Virus record (IMG/VR): IMGVR_UViG_3300035498_000877 | Span: 32,001 to 96,000 of that record | Direction: 5' to 3' (one strand) | DNA from: a virus | Lineage: Duplodnaviria > Caudoviricetes | DNA length: 64,000 bases | Shown: one piece after another, positions 37,564 to 48,352 of the stretch | How positions within the stretch are numbered: the stretch's first letter is position 1 | Layout: each line of letters begins with the position of its first letter | The notes under the pieces: generated by a model | What the model saw: the letters and a program-made list of their open reading frames with translations, nothing else | Database searches by the model: none | What the model was told of the DNA's origin: nothing | Made by a program: the position numbers and the translations under genes

Positions 37564-39804
37564 TCATTGATTATCTACATATTTAGCTAGTGCTGCACAT
37601 TCCAATAGTTTTAATTCATACAACTCATTATCATCTATTACCAATAAAGCCCAATCATCTGGTACATTATTTATCCTTGGTATAAGATTAAAAGATTCAT
37701 ATTTCAAATATAAATTATTCCAATAATAAACATTAGCTAGTGCCTCAGCAATCATTTGTATACATGTGAATGTTGCTTTCTTATTTGGAGTTCCAAATAC
37801 TGTATGACCTAAGGCTGAACATGAAGCACAATCATTTCCAATTGGACAATCAAAACAAATATCATTAGTCTGAGATCTTCTAGTAATTGAATCGAGTAAT
37901 TTTAATACTTCTGAATCTTGTTCTCGTCCAACTAACCCATCATCAATATTTCCAATGCATAGATCTTTAACATCATTTCCTACAGATGTTGGCATATACC
38001 TGATACATGGATAGAATTGTCCATTAGGTCTTAATGCTAACATTGATCCAGTACCTCCACAGAAATTAGAATCATTATGTTTTGCTTCTTTATCCTCCTG
38101 CTTCTCATTAAATATAGATATATAAATATGCTCTAGATTATTAGATATTAAATATCGAGCAAGTTTCTTTAATTGATAATACTCAGTAGCTGCAGTATCT
38201 CTAGTCCATCCTTCCTCAAATACACAATTCATATTTATACATTTCATGTCATTCTTAATAAAGTCTACTACTGAATCATATAAATACATTATATTAGATG
38301 GAGCTAATGTCATCTTAGAATTTCTTTCAGAAGTATAATTCTTATTATAATGATTTAATGCTGCTATATCAATATCATATGATCCTTCTCCATTAGGTTG
38401 TATTCTACAAGAATCATGCAATTGTTTATTTCCATCTATTGATATATTGAATGAAATATTATGTGCATATTCTTTGAAGAATTCTTGTACTTCATCATCA
38501 AAATATTGCATACCATTAGAGCATATAGATAATCTATGTAAAGCAAACCAAGGATGATTTAATTTATAACACTGATCCAAAAAATATTCATAGATCTGTT
38601 TAATCAATTCAATTTCCAATAATGGCTCTCCACCAATAAATTCAATAATAATTGCAGGTGAATTATATCTATTTATATATCCATATTTATCAGCTAATAG
38701 ATTATCTACGAACTTCTTTGCAGTATCAAATGACATTCTATCATTAGTCTTATTAAACTGATAGCAGTATGTACAATTATGGACCACTGCATTATTAGCA
38801 ATATATGTATGACAAGTAGTTGTTAGATTACAAACAGTTCCAGAATCACATGCTTCTAATTTTTCAATCATAACACTATTGCTGGGGACGATCTGAATAC
38901 GTTTATCTATCAAGAAAACAAATAAATCATTATCATCTATAATTTGTTTAAATGGTTTAAATTCTCCATTTGAAGTTAAGAATGGATGATCATCTGTAAC
39001 TCTAAATAATTCTCTTCCTGAAGACTTGTCCTTCACAATATTTAGTGGCTCATACATACGCCACATATTTGTCACTATATATGGCTTAAAGTATTTGAAG
39101 TCATGATATTTTTTAGCATCACTTTCATCAATACCTAAAATTTCATCTCCACAACTAATATCTTCTATATTCTTTTCTGTCCAGTCAGCCATCAGAATTT
39201 TAGTTCCCATAGCAAAACAATTCAAAGAACATCTTTCAGTTACTTGGAAAGTAAAATTATGACAGAATACATCAGCATCGTCACCGCATCCAACTTGATC
39301 TTGTCTTTTATTTGAAAATAATTCTGGATATGCTTTAGCAATTGCATTATTATATGAATCAGTAGTAAATCTGAAATACTGATCTGGAAATATATCTAAT
39401 ACATCATTATCTGGTATCAAATTATCAACTGTTTGTAAAAATTCAACATCATCAGATAATAGTAACATCTTATATTTGCAATACATTGTATCGATTTCTA
39501 CATTCTGGATCAACATATCTTTGATTGGCATATCATTATTTTTAGATACTGATTGCAAAATATCAATTGCTATATTAGAAAACATTGATCTGAGCTGCAT
39601 ACTAGATTCAGTAAATTCTTTTCTCAAATCCGGAATCTTATCTAAATCATAATTGTGTTTAACCATATATTTCATTCTAAACAATAATGCGTCAATTTCA
39701 AGTGATAATCTATCTAATCTGTAATCTTTGTATTTCTCTAATACAAATTTATCAAATTGAACTTTGTATAATGTAATATCTTTTTCTAATAAATGAGTTT
39801 TCAT
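37564..39804 (-). CDS. Radical SAM/SPASM peptide maturase (CXXX-repeat-target-like) with intein
   Basis: TFQVTERCSLN|intein|CTYC gives CxxxCxxC; FIGGEPLLE, HPWF, ISIDG; SPASM CGG..FYPC..CFDC..CASC..C; ANVYYWN. Confidence 0.88.
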   Translation of the reverse strand: MKTHLLEKDITLYKVQFDKFVLEKYKDYRLDRLSLEIDALLFRMKYMVKHNYDLDKIPDLRKEFTESSMQLRSMFSNIAIDILQSVSKNNDMPIKDMLIQNVEIDTMYCKYKMLLLSDDVEFLQTVDNLIPDNDVLDIFPDQYFRFTTDSYNNAIAKAYPELFSNKRQDQVGCGDDADVFCHNFTFQVTERCSLNCFAMGTKILMADWTEKNIEDISCGDEILGIDESDAKKYHDFKYFKPYIVTNMWRMYEPLNIVKDKSSGRELFRVTDDHPFLTSNGEFKPFKQIIDDNDLFVFLIDKRIQIVPSNSVMIEKLEACDSGTVCNLTTTCHTYIANNAVVHNCTYCYQFNKTNDRMSFDTAKKFVDNLLADKYGYINRYNSPAIIIEFIGGEPLLEIELIKQIYEYFLDQCYKLNHPWFALHRLSICSNGMQYFDDEVQEFFKEYAHNISFNISIDGNKQLHDSCRIQPNGEGSYDIDIAALNHYNKNYTSERNSKMTLAPSNIMYLYDSVVDFIKNDMKCINMNCVFEEGWTRDTAATEYYQLKKLARYLISNNLEHIYISIFNEKQEDKEAKHNDSNFCGGTGSMLALRPNGQFYPCIRYMPTSVGNDVKDLCIGNIDDGLVGREQDSEVLKLLDSITRRSQTNDICFDCPIGNDCASCSALGHTVFGTPNKKATFTCIQMIAEALANVYYWNNLYLKYESFNLIPRINNVPDDWALLVIDDNELYELKLLECAALAKYVDNQ
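38776..39219 (-). mobile_element. Mini-intein (148 aa) within the radical SAM Fe-S motif
   Basis: Begins CFAMGTKILMAD, block B VTDDHPF, ends YIANNAVVHN, +1 Cys; too short for an endonuclease domain. Confidence 0.93.
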
Positions 39805-39860
39805 TTATAAATCCCTCCTATAACATATTAGAATGAACGTTGATTAATTCGACGATTAAA

Positions 39861-39890
39861 ATAGAAGAGGGACTAATATCCCTCTTCTAT
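39861..39890 (-). terminator. Intrinsic terminator
   Basis: ATAGAAGAGGGA-CTAATA-TCCCTCTTCTAT. Confidence 0.8.
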
Positions 39891-39898
39891 ATTTTAAT

Positions 39899-41461
39899 TT
39901 ACTGATTAGAATCTTCACTATCTTTATCTTCTGAACCAGATGTTTCATCAACTGCTTTATCTTCATTTGAATCATTATCATTTTTAGTAGGTTCAGTATC
40001 TACATCTTCATCCTCTTGACCAGATTCAGTATCTTTATCTGATTCATTTGAATCTGTATTATCTGTAGGATCAGTAGTTTCAGAATTATCTGCCTCTGAT
40101 GTATCTGGTACTTCAGTTTCTTTATTATCATCTTCATTATCAGATGAATTATCACTGTTATCTGTATCTCCTTCTGATGGAGTTTCAGGAATTTCACTTT
40201 CAATAGGTGGATTCAGTATTTCATTATTGTTGTATAAATCAGTCAACTTATTAATTGCATTATATATTCCATTAAGTTGGAATTTAATTGTATCAATTTC
40301 ATTTTTGAGTTGAATATCTCCATTCTGAAGCTTCATTATTTTTGAATCAAATTCTTCAAAATTGATATCCTGTTCTTTATTTGTAGAAGCTGCTGGTACT
40401 ACTGGGACATTTGTATTAATATTAGATACTACTTCATCAGTATTATCATAAGCATCTTCTAAGAATGGAACTTGTAATACTTTTGCTATCTCAGTTGTAT
40501 CATTAACTATCATACAATCATTCTTGAATATATTAATTCTGAATACAATTCTATGACCTGGGTTAATAACAAATCTTCTATTAACATGAATTACGCCACA
40601 TGGTAATAGAGCAATCTGAGCTCTTGGATCATTAATCTCCTGAGCATGTAATATAATATTATCACCTGACTGAGTAAAGTGATAGAATCTATTGAATGAT
40701 GACATCAATGGAGGTGATATCAAACCATTAGTAGTTAATGATTCAGGACCACCAATTCTTTGAACTCTCTGATGTTCATTGTGATAGTTCCAAATATTTT
40801 TATCATTACTAAATAAATATTCTGGTATTGGATTATAAGGAACTCCTTCTGGCCAAGCTTCTCTATAAGGTTGACATTGCTGAAGCTGTTTAGCTTTAGG
40901 AACATCAGCTCTTAATGTTTCATAGAATAACTGAACTTTAGTAATTCTAAATAACATCTGTTCCATACCATATGTGAAGCTGTTAACAGTACTAACCAAT
41001 GTGCTACTGAAGTTGGTTATAAGAGCATTATCATTAATATCTCTTCCATTAATGTCAAGATAATATTCCCTATCAAATATTCTGAGATCCTCTGACATCT
41101 TTCTTAATATTTGTCCAGTATGAGAGTTTTCTATCTGATAGTTTACTCGAACAATAATTCCTCTTCTGAGAGTATTAAACTGATGATTCATTGCATATCC
41201 ATAATTAGCAATTGTATTAACCAATCTCTTATACATAGAACTATTTCCTTCAACTGCCGGTAATGAAGTACTAGCCCTTCTACCTATATCATCAATATTA
41301 AGATCTATGATTGCTCTCATTGAATCTTCTTGATTGATTGATATTTCACTTTTAATTATAGATCTATCTATCTGTGGAAACTGTTCTTTATCAGCATACT
41401 CAGATAATAGATATGGTATTCCATTCACATCAACGAATACATTTGTATGTTTATCTGACAT
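39899..41461 (-). CDS. Hypothetical (probably virion) protein with coiled coil and acidic disordered tail
   Basis: 520 aa with GAAAGGAG RBS; last 100 aa or so are D/E/S/N-rich. Confidence 0.7.
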   Translation of the reverse strand: MSDKHTNVFVDVNGIPYLLSEYADKEQFPQIDRSIIKSEISINQEDSMRAIIDLNIDDIGRRASTSLPAVEGNSSMYKRLVNTIANYGYAMNHQFNTLRRGIIVRVNYQIENSHTGQILRKMSEDLRIFDREYYLDINGRDINDNALITNFSSTLVSTVNSFTYGMEQMLFRITKVQLFYETLRADVPKAKQLQQCQPYREAWPEGVPYNPIPEYLFSNDKNIWNYHNEHQRVQRIGGPESLTTNGLISPPLMSSFNRFYHFTQSGDNIILHAQEINDPRAQIALLPCGVIHVNRRFVINPGHRIVFRINIFKNDCMIVNDTTEIAKVLQVPFLEDAYDNTDEVVSNINTNVPVVPAASTNKEQDINFEEFDSKIMKLQNGDIQLKNEIDTIKFQLNGIYNAINKLTDLYNNNEILNPPIESEIPETPSEGDTDNSDNSSDNEDDNKETEVPDTSEADNSETTDPTDNTDSNESDKDTESGQEDEDVDTEPTKNDNDSNEDKAVDETSGSEDKDSEDSNQ

Positions 41462-41504
41462 AATTTTATTCTCCTTTCAAAAAATAAATATTGTTATATT
41501 GGGG

Positions 41505-42722
41505 TTAATTCATCGATAATATCTCACGAATAATATATATAATTATTGGAGTAAATACAAATGCATCTTTACTATTATATACATTAACCAATGAATCTAT
41601 TAAATGTAAAGATATATCTTGAATTGATATTGAATCTTTCCTATTAATATATTTCCATATCATTTTTTCATACTCAGATGCAATTGGTTCTCTTCTATTA
41701 TCTAATAAAGCATTAAATGTTTTATCATTAAAATATGATAACTGAATATTATCAGCACCATAAGCTCCTGATAATCTAATTGGTTTTACAATCTGAATAT
41801 CTTCTTCACCCCATCTAAAAAAAGAAGAGTCAATATAAGCAGATGAATCAGTAATTCTGTAATAGAACTTCTGAATATCTTCATTAGGACATCCTTGTTC
41901 GAACCATCTGTATATTGATTGACTATACATCTGTGGAAGTTTACTGTCTATTACTTTATTACTTAACATAATCACATTTGCAGAATTATCATAATTCATC
42001 AGATTATGTTTTCTCATAAACTCATTTCCACAGAGATCAAAATATCTAGTTCCATTGTCATCAAATATGAAACAATTGTGACGTGGATTATAGTAAATAG
42101 CTTTATAGTTATCAATCATTACTGCAACCATTCTATTTATTTTTGATCTCAATATAAAATCATCTTTCTTAATGATTGGATTTACATTAGTACCAATTGC
42201 ATTTAAATCAGTATGATATGTTTCTACTGTTTGTTTCATTAGGTTTTCTATAGTTTCAGTAGATGTACTTTGAAGTCTATAATGTATCTTATAATATCCT
42301 TCAGTTTTCATTGTATCTACAGCAACGTCAGTAACTTCAAATACAGCATTCATCTTTAAATGATTAACTCTAAAGAAATCCATTGGTTTAGGTACTATTG
42401 TAGATGGAAGTATTATACAATCTCCTTCTACATTAATATCTTCTATCTGTTGTTCATCAGTATTATTTGGTGTAGCTTGATTAAATCCATATAATGGAAA
42501 ATTTTCAATTCTATTAAATCTCAATGGTGATTTAGATCCAAATAATTGTTCTATATTCTGAAGTCCTCTATCTACTGTAGTAGCATCATCTTTCTGTGCA
42601 AAGTATTCAGTCAATATTGCTCCATTCTCTACATATTTATTTACTTGGCTTTTTAGTCGTTGTTCATATTTAAATATATTACCATTTAACAATGGCTCTT
42701 CATTAAAAATTAATTCAGCCAT
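41505..42722 (-). CDS. Putative virion structural (neck/head-completion-like) protein
   Basis: 405 aa; ILPSTIVPKPMDFF..FEVTDV barrel-like motif; near the probable portal. Confidence 0.5.
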   Translation of the reverse strand: MAELIFNEEPLLNGNIFKYEQRLKSQVNKYVENGAILTEYFAQKDDATTVDRGLQNIEQLFGSKSPLRFNRIENFPLYGFNQATPNNTDEQQIEDINVEGDCIILPSTIVPKPMDFFRVNHLKMNAVFEVTDVAVDTMKTEGYYKIHYRLQSTSTETIENLMKQTVETYHTDLNAIGTNVNPIIKKDDFILRSKINRMVAVMIDNYKAIYYNPRHNCFIFDDNGTRYFDLCGNEFMRKHNLMNYDNSANVIMLSNKVIDSKLPQMYSQSIYRWFEQGCPNEDIQKFYYRITDSSAYIDSSFFRWGEEDIQIVKPIRLSGAYGADNIQLSYFNDKTFNALLDNRREPIASEYEKMIWKYINRKDSISIQDISLHLIDSLVNVYNSKDAFVFTPIIIYIIREILSMN

Positions 42723-42787
42723 TAATATCCCTCCTTTACTAAAGTATACTAATTAAATAGCGGTTTTTGAGTAAAAATAGGTGGACT

Positions 42788-43180
42788 TTATAGTCCACCA
42801 TCTGTGAATTCATCATCATTAAAATTATCATCTACAAAACCAGCCAATCTCGAAGCTTTTATTGTACTTATACCTATATATATCAAATCATATACTACAT
42901 GTACGAATTCATCTAGGTCTTCATATAATTCTTGCTCATCAATAAAACTCATTAATTCAGATTCTTTATCTGGATTAATATATATTATACTTGCAATTGA
43001 ATTAAAGTAATATGACATATTTATCAATCTTTTAACCAATTCAGATGTCAAATTATGATTTACTTCCGTATCTTTAGTATTAGGATACACTTCAAGTATG
43101 TCATATATGTCCGATTGTTCAAAACATAAATTTTTAAATACATCAATAATATTTTCCGAGCTATGTTGGGTGTTTTTCAT
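42788..43180 (-). CDS. Hypothetical protein
   Basis: AGGAGG RBS. Confidence 0.75.
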   Translation of the reverse strand: MKNTQHSSENIIDVFKNLCFEQSDIYDILEVYPNTKDTEVNHNLTSELVKRLINMSYYFNSIASIIYINPDKESELMSFIDEQELYEDLDEFVHVVYDLIYIGISTIKASRLAGFVDDNFNDDEFTDGGL

Positions 43181-43223
43181 TTTTGTAATTCCTCCTATAT
43201 TGTATCGCTAATATAATATATAA

Positions 43224-43559
43224 TCATGATAAGAAATGAATGAAACTAATTGCTGATTTAATAAATCGACCCATATTTTGTATATATTCTTCATAACTGA
43301 AATCCATTTTAGAAGCTTCATATTCAAATATCTGATAATATTCACCAGTATCATCTTTTGAAATAGCATTTGCAATTACATGCAAATTAGATATAAGATT
43401 ATGTAATGCCATGATTGTATATGTGATATCTTTCTTTTCCATCTTAGTTTCTGAGAAAACTATCCCTTCTGGTGGATTGTATTTGTAAATAGTTCTCTCT
43501 TTAATCAAAGTCATTAATGAATAATTTTCATTAATAATATGACTTATATCTATTTCCAT
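43224..43559 (-). CDS. Hypothetical protein
   Basis: GAAAGGAG RBS. Confidence 0.75.
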   Translation of the reverse strand: MEIDISHIINENYSLMTLIKERTIYKYNPPEGIVFSETKMEKKDITYTIMALHNLISNLHVIANAISKDDTGEYYQIFEYEASKMDFSYEEYIQNMGRFIKSAISFIHFLS

Positions 43560-43594
43560 ATAAAAATCTCCTTTCTCATTTATAATATACCTTT

Positions 43595-43619
43595 ATAATA
43601 TATTATTAAAAACAATGTA
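43595..43619. repeat. 25-bp element identical to 63439-63463 (probable promoter/operator)
   Basis: ATAATATATTATTAAAAACAATGTA at both divergent gene junctions. Confidence 0.65.
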
Positions 43620-43696
43620 ATCTTATTTATTATTATTTTTATCTCATTCCGACAGCTTATTAATTTTGAATAATTAAAAGTAAAGGAGAGTTTGAT

Positions 43697-46009
43697 ATGC
43701 CTAAGCAAGAAGATAAAATTATAGATGCCCTAAGCACTGATATAGCTGACACTGTCGGTAATATGCATGAAGATGAACTTGAAGTAATATCAAAAGAATT
43801 TGATAAAACAATGAAGGATGCTTTATCATCATTCAATTCAAATACTTTTGATGATGATGGATTTATTAAACGTATGAGAGATCTCAGTACTGATAATAAA
43901 TCTGATAAAGATATGGTAAACAACGTACTCAGTACAGTTGGAAAAGATTATATAAGTGCAGAATCATTACATCAAAATGAATTATTATTAAGAAGAGATA
44001 TAAAAAATATATGTGCTCAGTTACCTGAGATGCATGATGTAATAAATATTATTCGAGATTCAATTATTGAATGTAGTGTAGCAACTGGTGAAGTATCCAG
44101 AACACTAATATTTGAAAATCATTCTGGAAATGAAGTATACGAATCTAAAGCTAAAGAAATTGAGAAGACATATAATTTACCAATGGCAATTAAAAACTTT
44201 ATAGTTCCAAGAGGACTAGAAAGTGGAGAAATGTATATACAGGTAACTCCATATAAAAAGTTATTTGCTGAATTGGAATTAGCTAAGGAACGTAAGAGTG
44301 GTCATATAAATTATAATGGGGAAGTATTTAAAGAAAGTATTCCATATAAAGTAGCAAATTCATTCCAAGAATCTCACTCAATATATAGTAAAGAAAATCT
44401 TGATATCCTGATGGAGAGTGCGTCCAGTAATGTTAAATCTGATATTATTGATGATTATAAAACTGAAAATGGTAATGGTAAAACCATGAAGATATCAGAT
44501 GCAATTACTAAAGAAGATATTACATGTCTACTTGAGAGTATAGAAATATCAAATGGTTCTTCAGTAATGATGACTGAAATGGGTGAAGAAGGATTTGAAT
44601 CTTTTGTATATATGGAATATAATGATTATCTAAAGAAGACACAATCAAGTATTAGTAGAGATAATCATTTTATGGAAGCAATGGGAGATATCATCAGTAT
44701 TAATAATGATGAATTAGATGAGTTGGATATTGCTGCTGTGACTACCCAAAAATATAATGATATCAAAGGTGCATATGTTAAATATTTATCTCCATTACGC
44801 TTAGTACCTATTCGAATGGATAGACGTGTAATTGGATATTATTATGTGACATCAACAATGGATCTTCAAAGAAATTCTCTTCAGAAGAATGGTACTATAG
44901 ATGTATCATATCAACACTTTACAAAAGACAAGAAGATGGTAGATCAGTTAGCTTCTATTATAATAAGATCTTTTGATAAGAAGATGTTAGAGAAGAATAT
45001 CAAACTTAAAAATGAAATTGTTGAAATTATAATGGCACATAAATTTTCTGAAGGAAAATTATCTTTTATTTACATCCCAGAAAATGAAGTAGTAAGATTA
45101 GTTATTAATGAAGATGAAGATGGTAAAGGACATTCAACATTGGAACCATCTATATTTCCTGCTCGTATTACATTGATGCTCACAATGTACAATACTCTTT
45201 ATATTCTCAATAACAATCAAACTAGAATTCATTATATAAAATCATCTGGATTAAATAAAGATTATGCATCACAGATTCAGCGTACTATCAGAAAATTCCA
45301 ATCTAGAAGAATTTCAGTAGATGATATTTACTCATATTCAGGTGTATTGAATAAAGTAGGTGCAATGTCAGAAATGGTATTACCTGCCGGACGTAATGAT
45401 TATAAAGCATTGGAAACAGATACTATTGAAGCATCTAATGCTCCAATTAATACTGAATTCTTAGAGCAGAATAGAAAACAAATGTTATCTGGTACTGGTG
45501 TTCCTGCATTAATGTCTATCAATGCACTTGATGAAGTTGACTTTGCTAAGAGTTTGGAACTTGCCAATACTAGATTCTTATCAACTATATCTTCATATAA
45601 GATTGATTTCAATAATGGTATTACAGATCTATATCAACGTTTAATGAGATATACTACTGATATTGAAGAGGAAGTTATCAGAAGCTTTAAATTCAAATTC
45701 AATGCTGCTAAACAACAAGAACTTACTATTACATCTGAGATGATACAAAACTTCAATTCATTAGTAGAACTTGTAATGAGTGTTTATTACAGTAAATCAG
45801 ATATGGAAGATGAGAAAGGAAATGCATCACAGAAACAAATACATCTAAGAAAAGAATTAGCTAAAGAGTATTTACCTCAATTGAACTTTGATAGATTGGA
45901 TGAAATTGTTAAACAAGTTGAAGTAGATGCAAATGATGATATACTACAATCAAAAGTAACTCAAATCAGTATTGATCAAAATGATATTGATGAGATTACT
46001 TCTAAATAA
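43697..46009 (+). CDS. Probable portal protein
   Basis: 770 aa; DGKGHSTLEPS, QMLSGTGVPA, EVDFAKSLELANTRF resemble T4/phiKZ-type portal motifs. Confidence 0.7.
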   Translation: MPKQEDKIIDALSTDIADTVGNMHEDELEVISKEFDKTMKDALSSFNSNTFDDDGFIKRMRDLSTDNKSDKDMVNNVLSTVGKDYISAESLHQNELLLRRDIKNICAQLPEMHDVINIIRDSIIECSVATGEVSRTLIFENHSGNEVYESKAKEIEKTYNLPMAIKNFIVPRGLESGEMYIQVTPYKKLFAELELAKERKSGHINYNGEVFKESIPYKVANSFQESHSIYSKENLDILMESASSNVKSDIIDDYKTENGNGKTMKISDAITKEDITCLLESIEISNGSSVMMTEMGEEGFESFVYMEYNDYLKKTQSSISRDNHFMEAMGDIISINNDELDELDIAAVTTQKYNDIKGAYVKYLSPLRLVPIRMDRRVIGYYYVTSTMDLQRNSLQKNGTIDVSYQHFTKDKKMVDQLASIIIRSFDKKMLEKNIKLKNEIVEIIMAHKFSEGKLSFIYIPENEVVRLVINEDEDGKGHSTLEPSIFPARITLMLTMYNTLYILNNNQTRIHYIKSSGLNKDYASQIQRTIRKFQSRRISVDDIYSYSGVLNKVGAMSEMVLPAGRNDYKALETDTIEASNAPINTEFLEQNRKQMLSGTGVPALMSINALDEVDFAKSLELANTRFLSTISSYKIDFNNGITDLYQRLMRYTTDIEEEVIRSFKFKFNAAKQQELTITSEMIQNFNSLVELVMSVYYSKSDMEDEKGNASQKQIHLRKELAKEYLPQLNFDRLDEIVKQVEVDANDDILQSKVTQISIDQNDIDEITSK

Positions 46010-46036
46010 AATAAAATATAGAAAGGAAATAAAGAA

Positions 46037-46588
46037 ATGATTGATTTACATGGTTTAAAGATGAAAGATTTAAATCAATATATGCAAGCTATTACTGAAG
46101 CTTTAGATGATGTTGACAATGATACATTAGATGCTGAAGTACCACCAGAGTTACCATCTGAAACAGATAGTGCTGAGTCATCTGGAAATAGTGAACAGGA
46201 ATTATTGGATAAACTCAATAAAGTATTTACTCCAATTCTTGTTATGCAGAAATATGAAGATGATACGTCAGATAATGTTAAAGAGTCTTTATCAGAATCA
46301 TCACTATTAACAGAAGCAAATATTGTTAAGTTTGATGATCAAACAAGGATGGCACAGTTAATAGCAACATGTGCATTATTGATAGCTCAACAAAAGAATA
46401 CAGATAAATATCAAATGTATGCTCAGGCAGCTGCAACACGCAATAAAATGAAATTGGAAATTCAAAAAGACGAATATGATGCCGCTAAAACATTAGCACA
46501 GAAGTATCTTATTAAAGTATCTACTACTAATAATAATGGAGATGCTAGAAAAGCTGCAACTAATCTATTGCCTGAGACACAGCACTAA
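46037..46588 (+). CDS. Putative head-associated protein
   Basis: Acidic N-half with ITE|/LTE| sites; follows the portal. Confidence 0.55.
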   Translation: MIDLHGLKMKDLNQYMQAITEALDDVDNDTLDAEVPPELPSETDSAESSGNSEQELLDKLNKVFTPILVMQKYEDDTSDNVKESLSESSLLTEANIVKFDDQTRMAQLIATCALLIAQQKNTDKYQMYAQAAATRNKMKLEIQKDEYDAAKTLAQKYLIKVSTTNNNGDARKAATNLLPETQH

Positions 46589-46665
46589 TGCAAACTATTT
46601 AGTAATGAATCATATGAACCACATAATTCATAAAAATTTTTATATTCAGAAAGGAGATATATACT

Positions 46666-47850
46666 ATGACTTTTGGAGAAGTAGTATTAGAGAGTAAATT
46701 ATTTGAATACTCTAAAGAGTATTATGATTTACTAAAAGAGAGTTATGAAATATCACTGATGGAAACATACATTGAATCACTTGATTTTGTAAGAAATGGT
46801 GGATATGAATATGTTGCAGAAGCATCAGGAATTACAATTAAGACAGATAATTACTTTGTTGAGTCAGCTGACGATAATCAGTATGAGGAGCTTTGCAAAG
46901 CATATGAAGAGAAGGTTGGAAACTTCCTTGGTAATATTAAAGCAGGATTTGATAAGTTACTTAGTAAGGTAATTCCATTCTTTACGAGGATTGCAAATAA
47001 ATTTGATGCTACATGTCAGCAAGGTGATCGTCTTACTAATTATCTAAGTACAATCGAAGATGGTGGAGAAGATGCTAAACAAATTGGCGAAATAATTAAA
47101 AAATGTATTAATGATACTAAATTTGCTGGATATCTATTATCAGGCGATTCTCAAAAAGCATATAATCCGAATAAAAAATTACAATCAGTACCTCCTAAAA
47201 CTTTATTAGCAATTACTTTGGCTTCTAAATATCATGCTTTAGAGATATTATGCTCACAGGATTATGAATATTTGATTGTACAAGGTGGTGGCGATGCAGC
47301 TGTTTCACTTGATGATCTTACAAAGATATTCAAGATGGTTTCTAATGGATCTGAGGCTAAAAGAGCTGGTAATTATGGTAATGCAATAAAGAAATTAGAT
47401 TATATCCAGGAAGAAAATGCTAAAAATGGATTAAAGGTTAATATAAGTTCTGGATCTATTGAAAAGAATATTAAAGAACTTAATGAGCTCAAAGAAAAGA
47501 TTAGCAAGAAAGAAGAAAATCTATCAACTAATGGAGGATCTGATTTTGCTATTGACCATGAAGGTACTAAATCATTTGCAAATGATTTATCTCTACTTTA
47601 TAAGAGATTGACAAATACAATAGCATCAACTCTTTCTGCATATAGTGCATTGTTGGCATTTAGATCAACTACACTTAAAGCTACTGATGAGTATATCAAA
47701 GCACATCCATTACCAAAGAAAGAAGGTCCTGTATCAAAAGCAGTTAACAAGGTAAAGGGAGCAATTCACAAAAATAAAGGCGATGAAGATGATGATTTTA
47801 GTGATGATTTCTTTGATGATGACGAAGAAGATAATAATGACAAGAAGTAA
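46666..47850 (+). CDS. Putative internal head protein
   Basis: TYIESLDF..YFVE| leader plus amphipathic helix, as in 21499-23217. Confidence 0.6.
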   Translation: MTFGEVVLESKLFEYSKEYYDLLKESYEISLMETYIESLDFVRNGGYEYVAEASGITIKTDNYFVESADDNQYEELCKAYEEKVGNFLGNIKAGFDKLLSKVIPFFTRIANKFDATCQQGDRLTNYLSTIEDGGEDAKQIGEIIKKCINDTKFAGYLLSGDSQKAYNPNKKLQSVPPKTLLAITLASKYHALEILCSQDYEYLIVQGGGDAAVSLDDLTKIFKMVSNGSEAKRAGNYGNAIKKLDYIQEENAKNGLKVNISSGSIEKNIKELNELKEKISKKEENLSTNGGSDFAIDHEGTKSFANDLSLLYKRLTNTIASTLSAYSALLAFRSTTLKATDEYIKAHPLPKKEGPVSKAVNKVKGAIHKNKGDEDDDFSDDFFDDDEEDNNDKK

Positions 47851-47914
47851 TTGAAATATGATAGGTCCTGTTATTCAGGACCTATCTTTTTAATTGAGAA
47901 AGAAGTTGATTAAA

Positions 47915-48352
47915 ATGATATATGGTACTTCAACAGTTGCTAGTGTTGTAGAAGAAAGTGTATGCAGAACTTCTAAAGATTATAAATTCACAGATATTGG
48001 AATTTATAAAGTACATTCAAATACATTATTACCAGATGTACCATTTGAGGAAGAATCAGATCAGCCATATGATATAGATGAAACTATATTTCTGAATGAT
48101 GAAGAAACTAAAATGGAATTTACAACTTTGACGGAATGCCAAAATTATATTACTGCCCGTTATATTGGTAGAGCTCCTCTGGAATGGTATGATAATAAAA
48201 CTACAACTAAGATGGGAAGACAATTTATTATGCAATGTAGAGGTGGAAAAACTGGAGATGATTATAGAATCTTTGGAACTGAAGATGCTATTCGAGGATA
48301 TAATAAGAATGCAAATGACAATAGTGAATTACCTGGAGGAGGTGAAACATAA
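47915..48352 (+). CDS. Hypothetical protein
   Basis: ORF coupled (TAATG) to the next gene. Confidence 0.65.
   Translation: MIYGTSTVASVVEESVCRTSKDYKFTDIGIYKVHSNTLLPDVPFEEESDQPYDIDETIFLNDEETKMEFTTLTECQNYITARYIGRAPLEWYDNKTTTKMGRQFIMQCRGGKTGDDYRIFGTEDAIRGYNKNANDNSELPGGGET

Noticed and set aside
39899-40200. Repeat-like acidic stretch as a DNA repeat element
   Set aside because: Explained by low-complexity D/E/S/N codons in a disordered protein tail.
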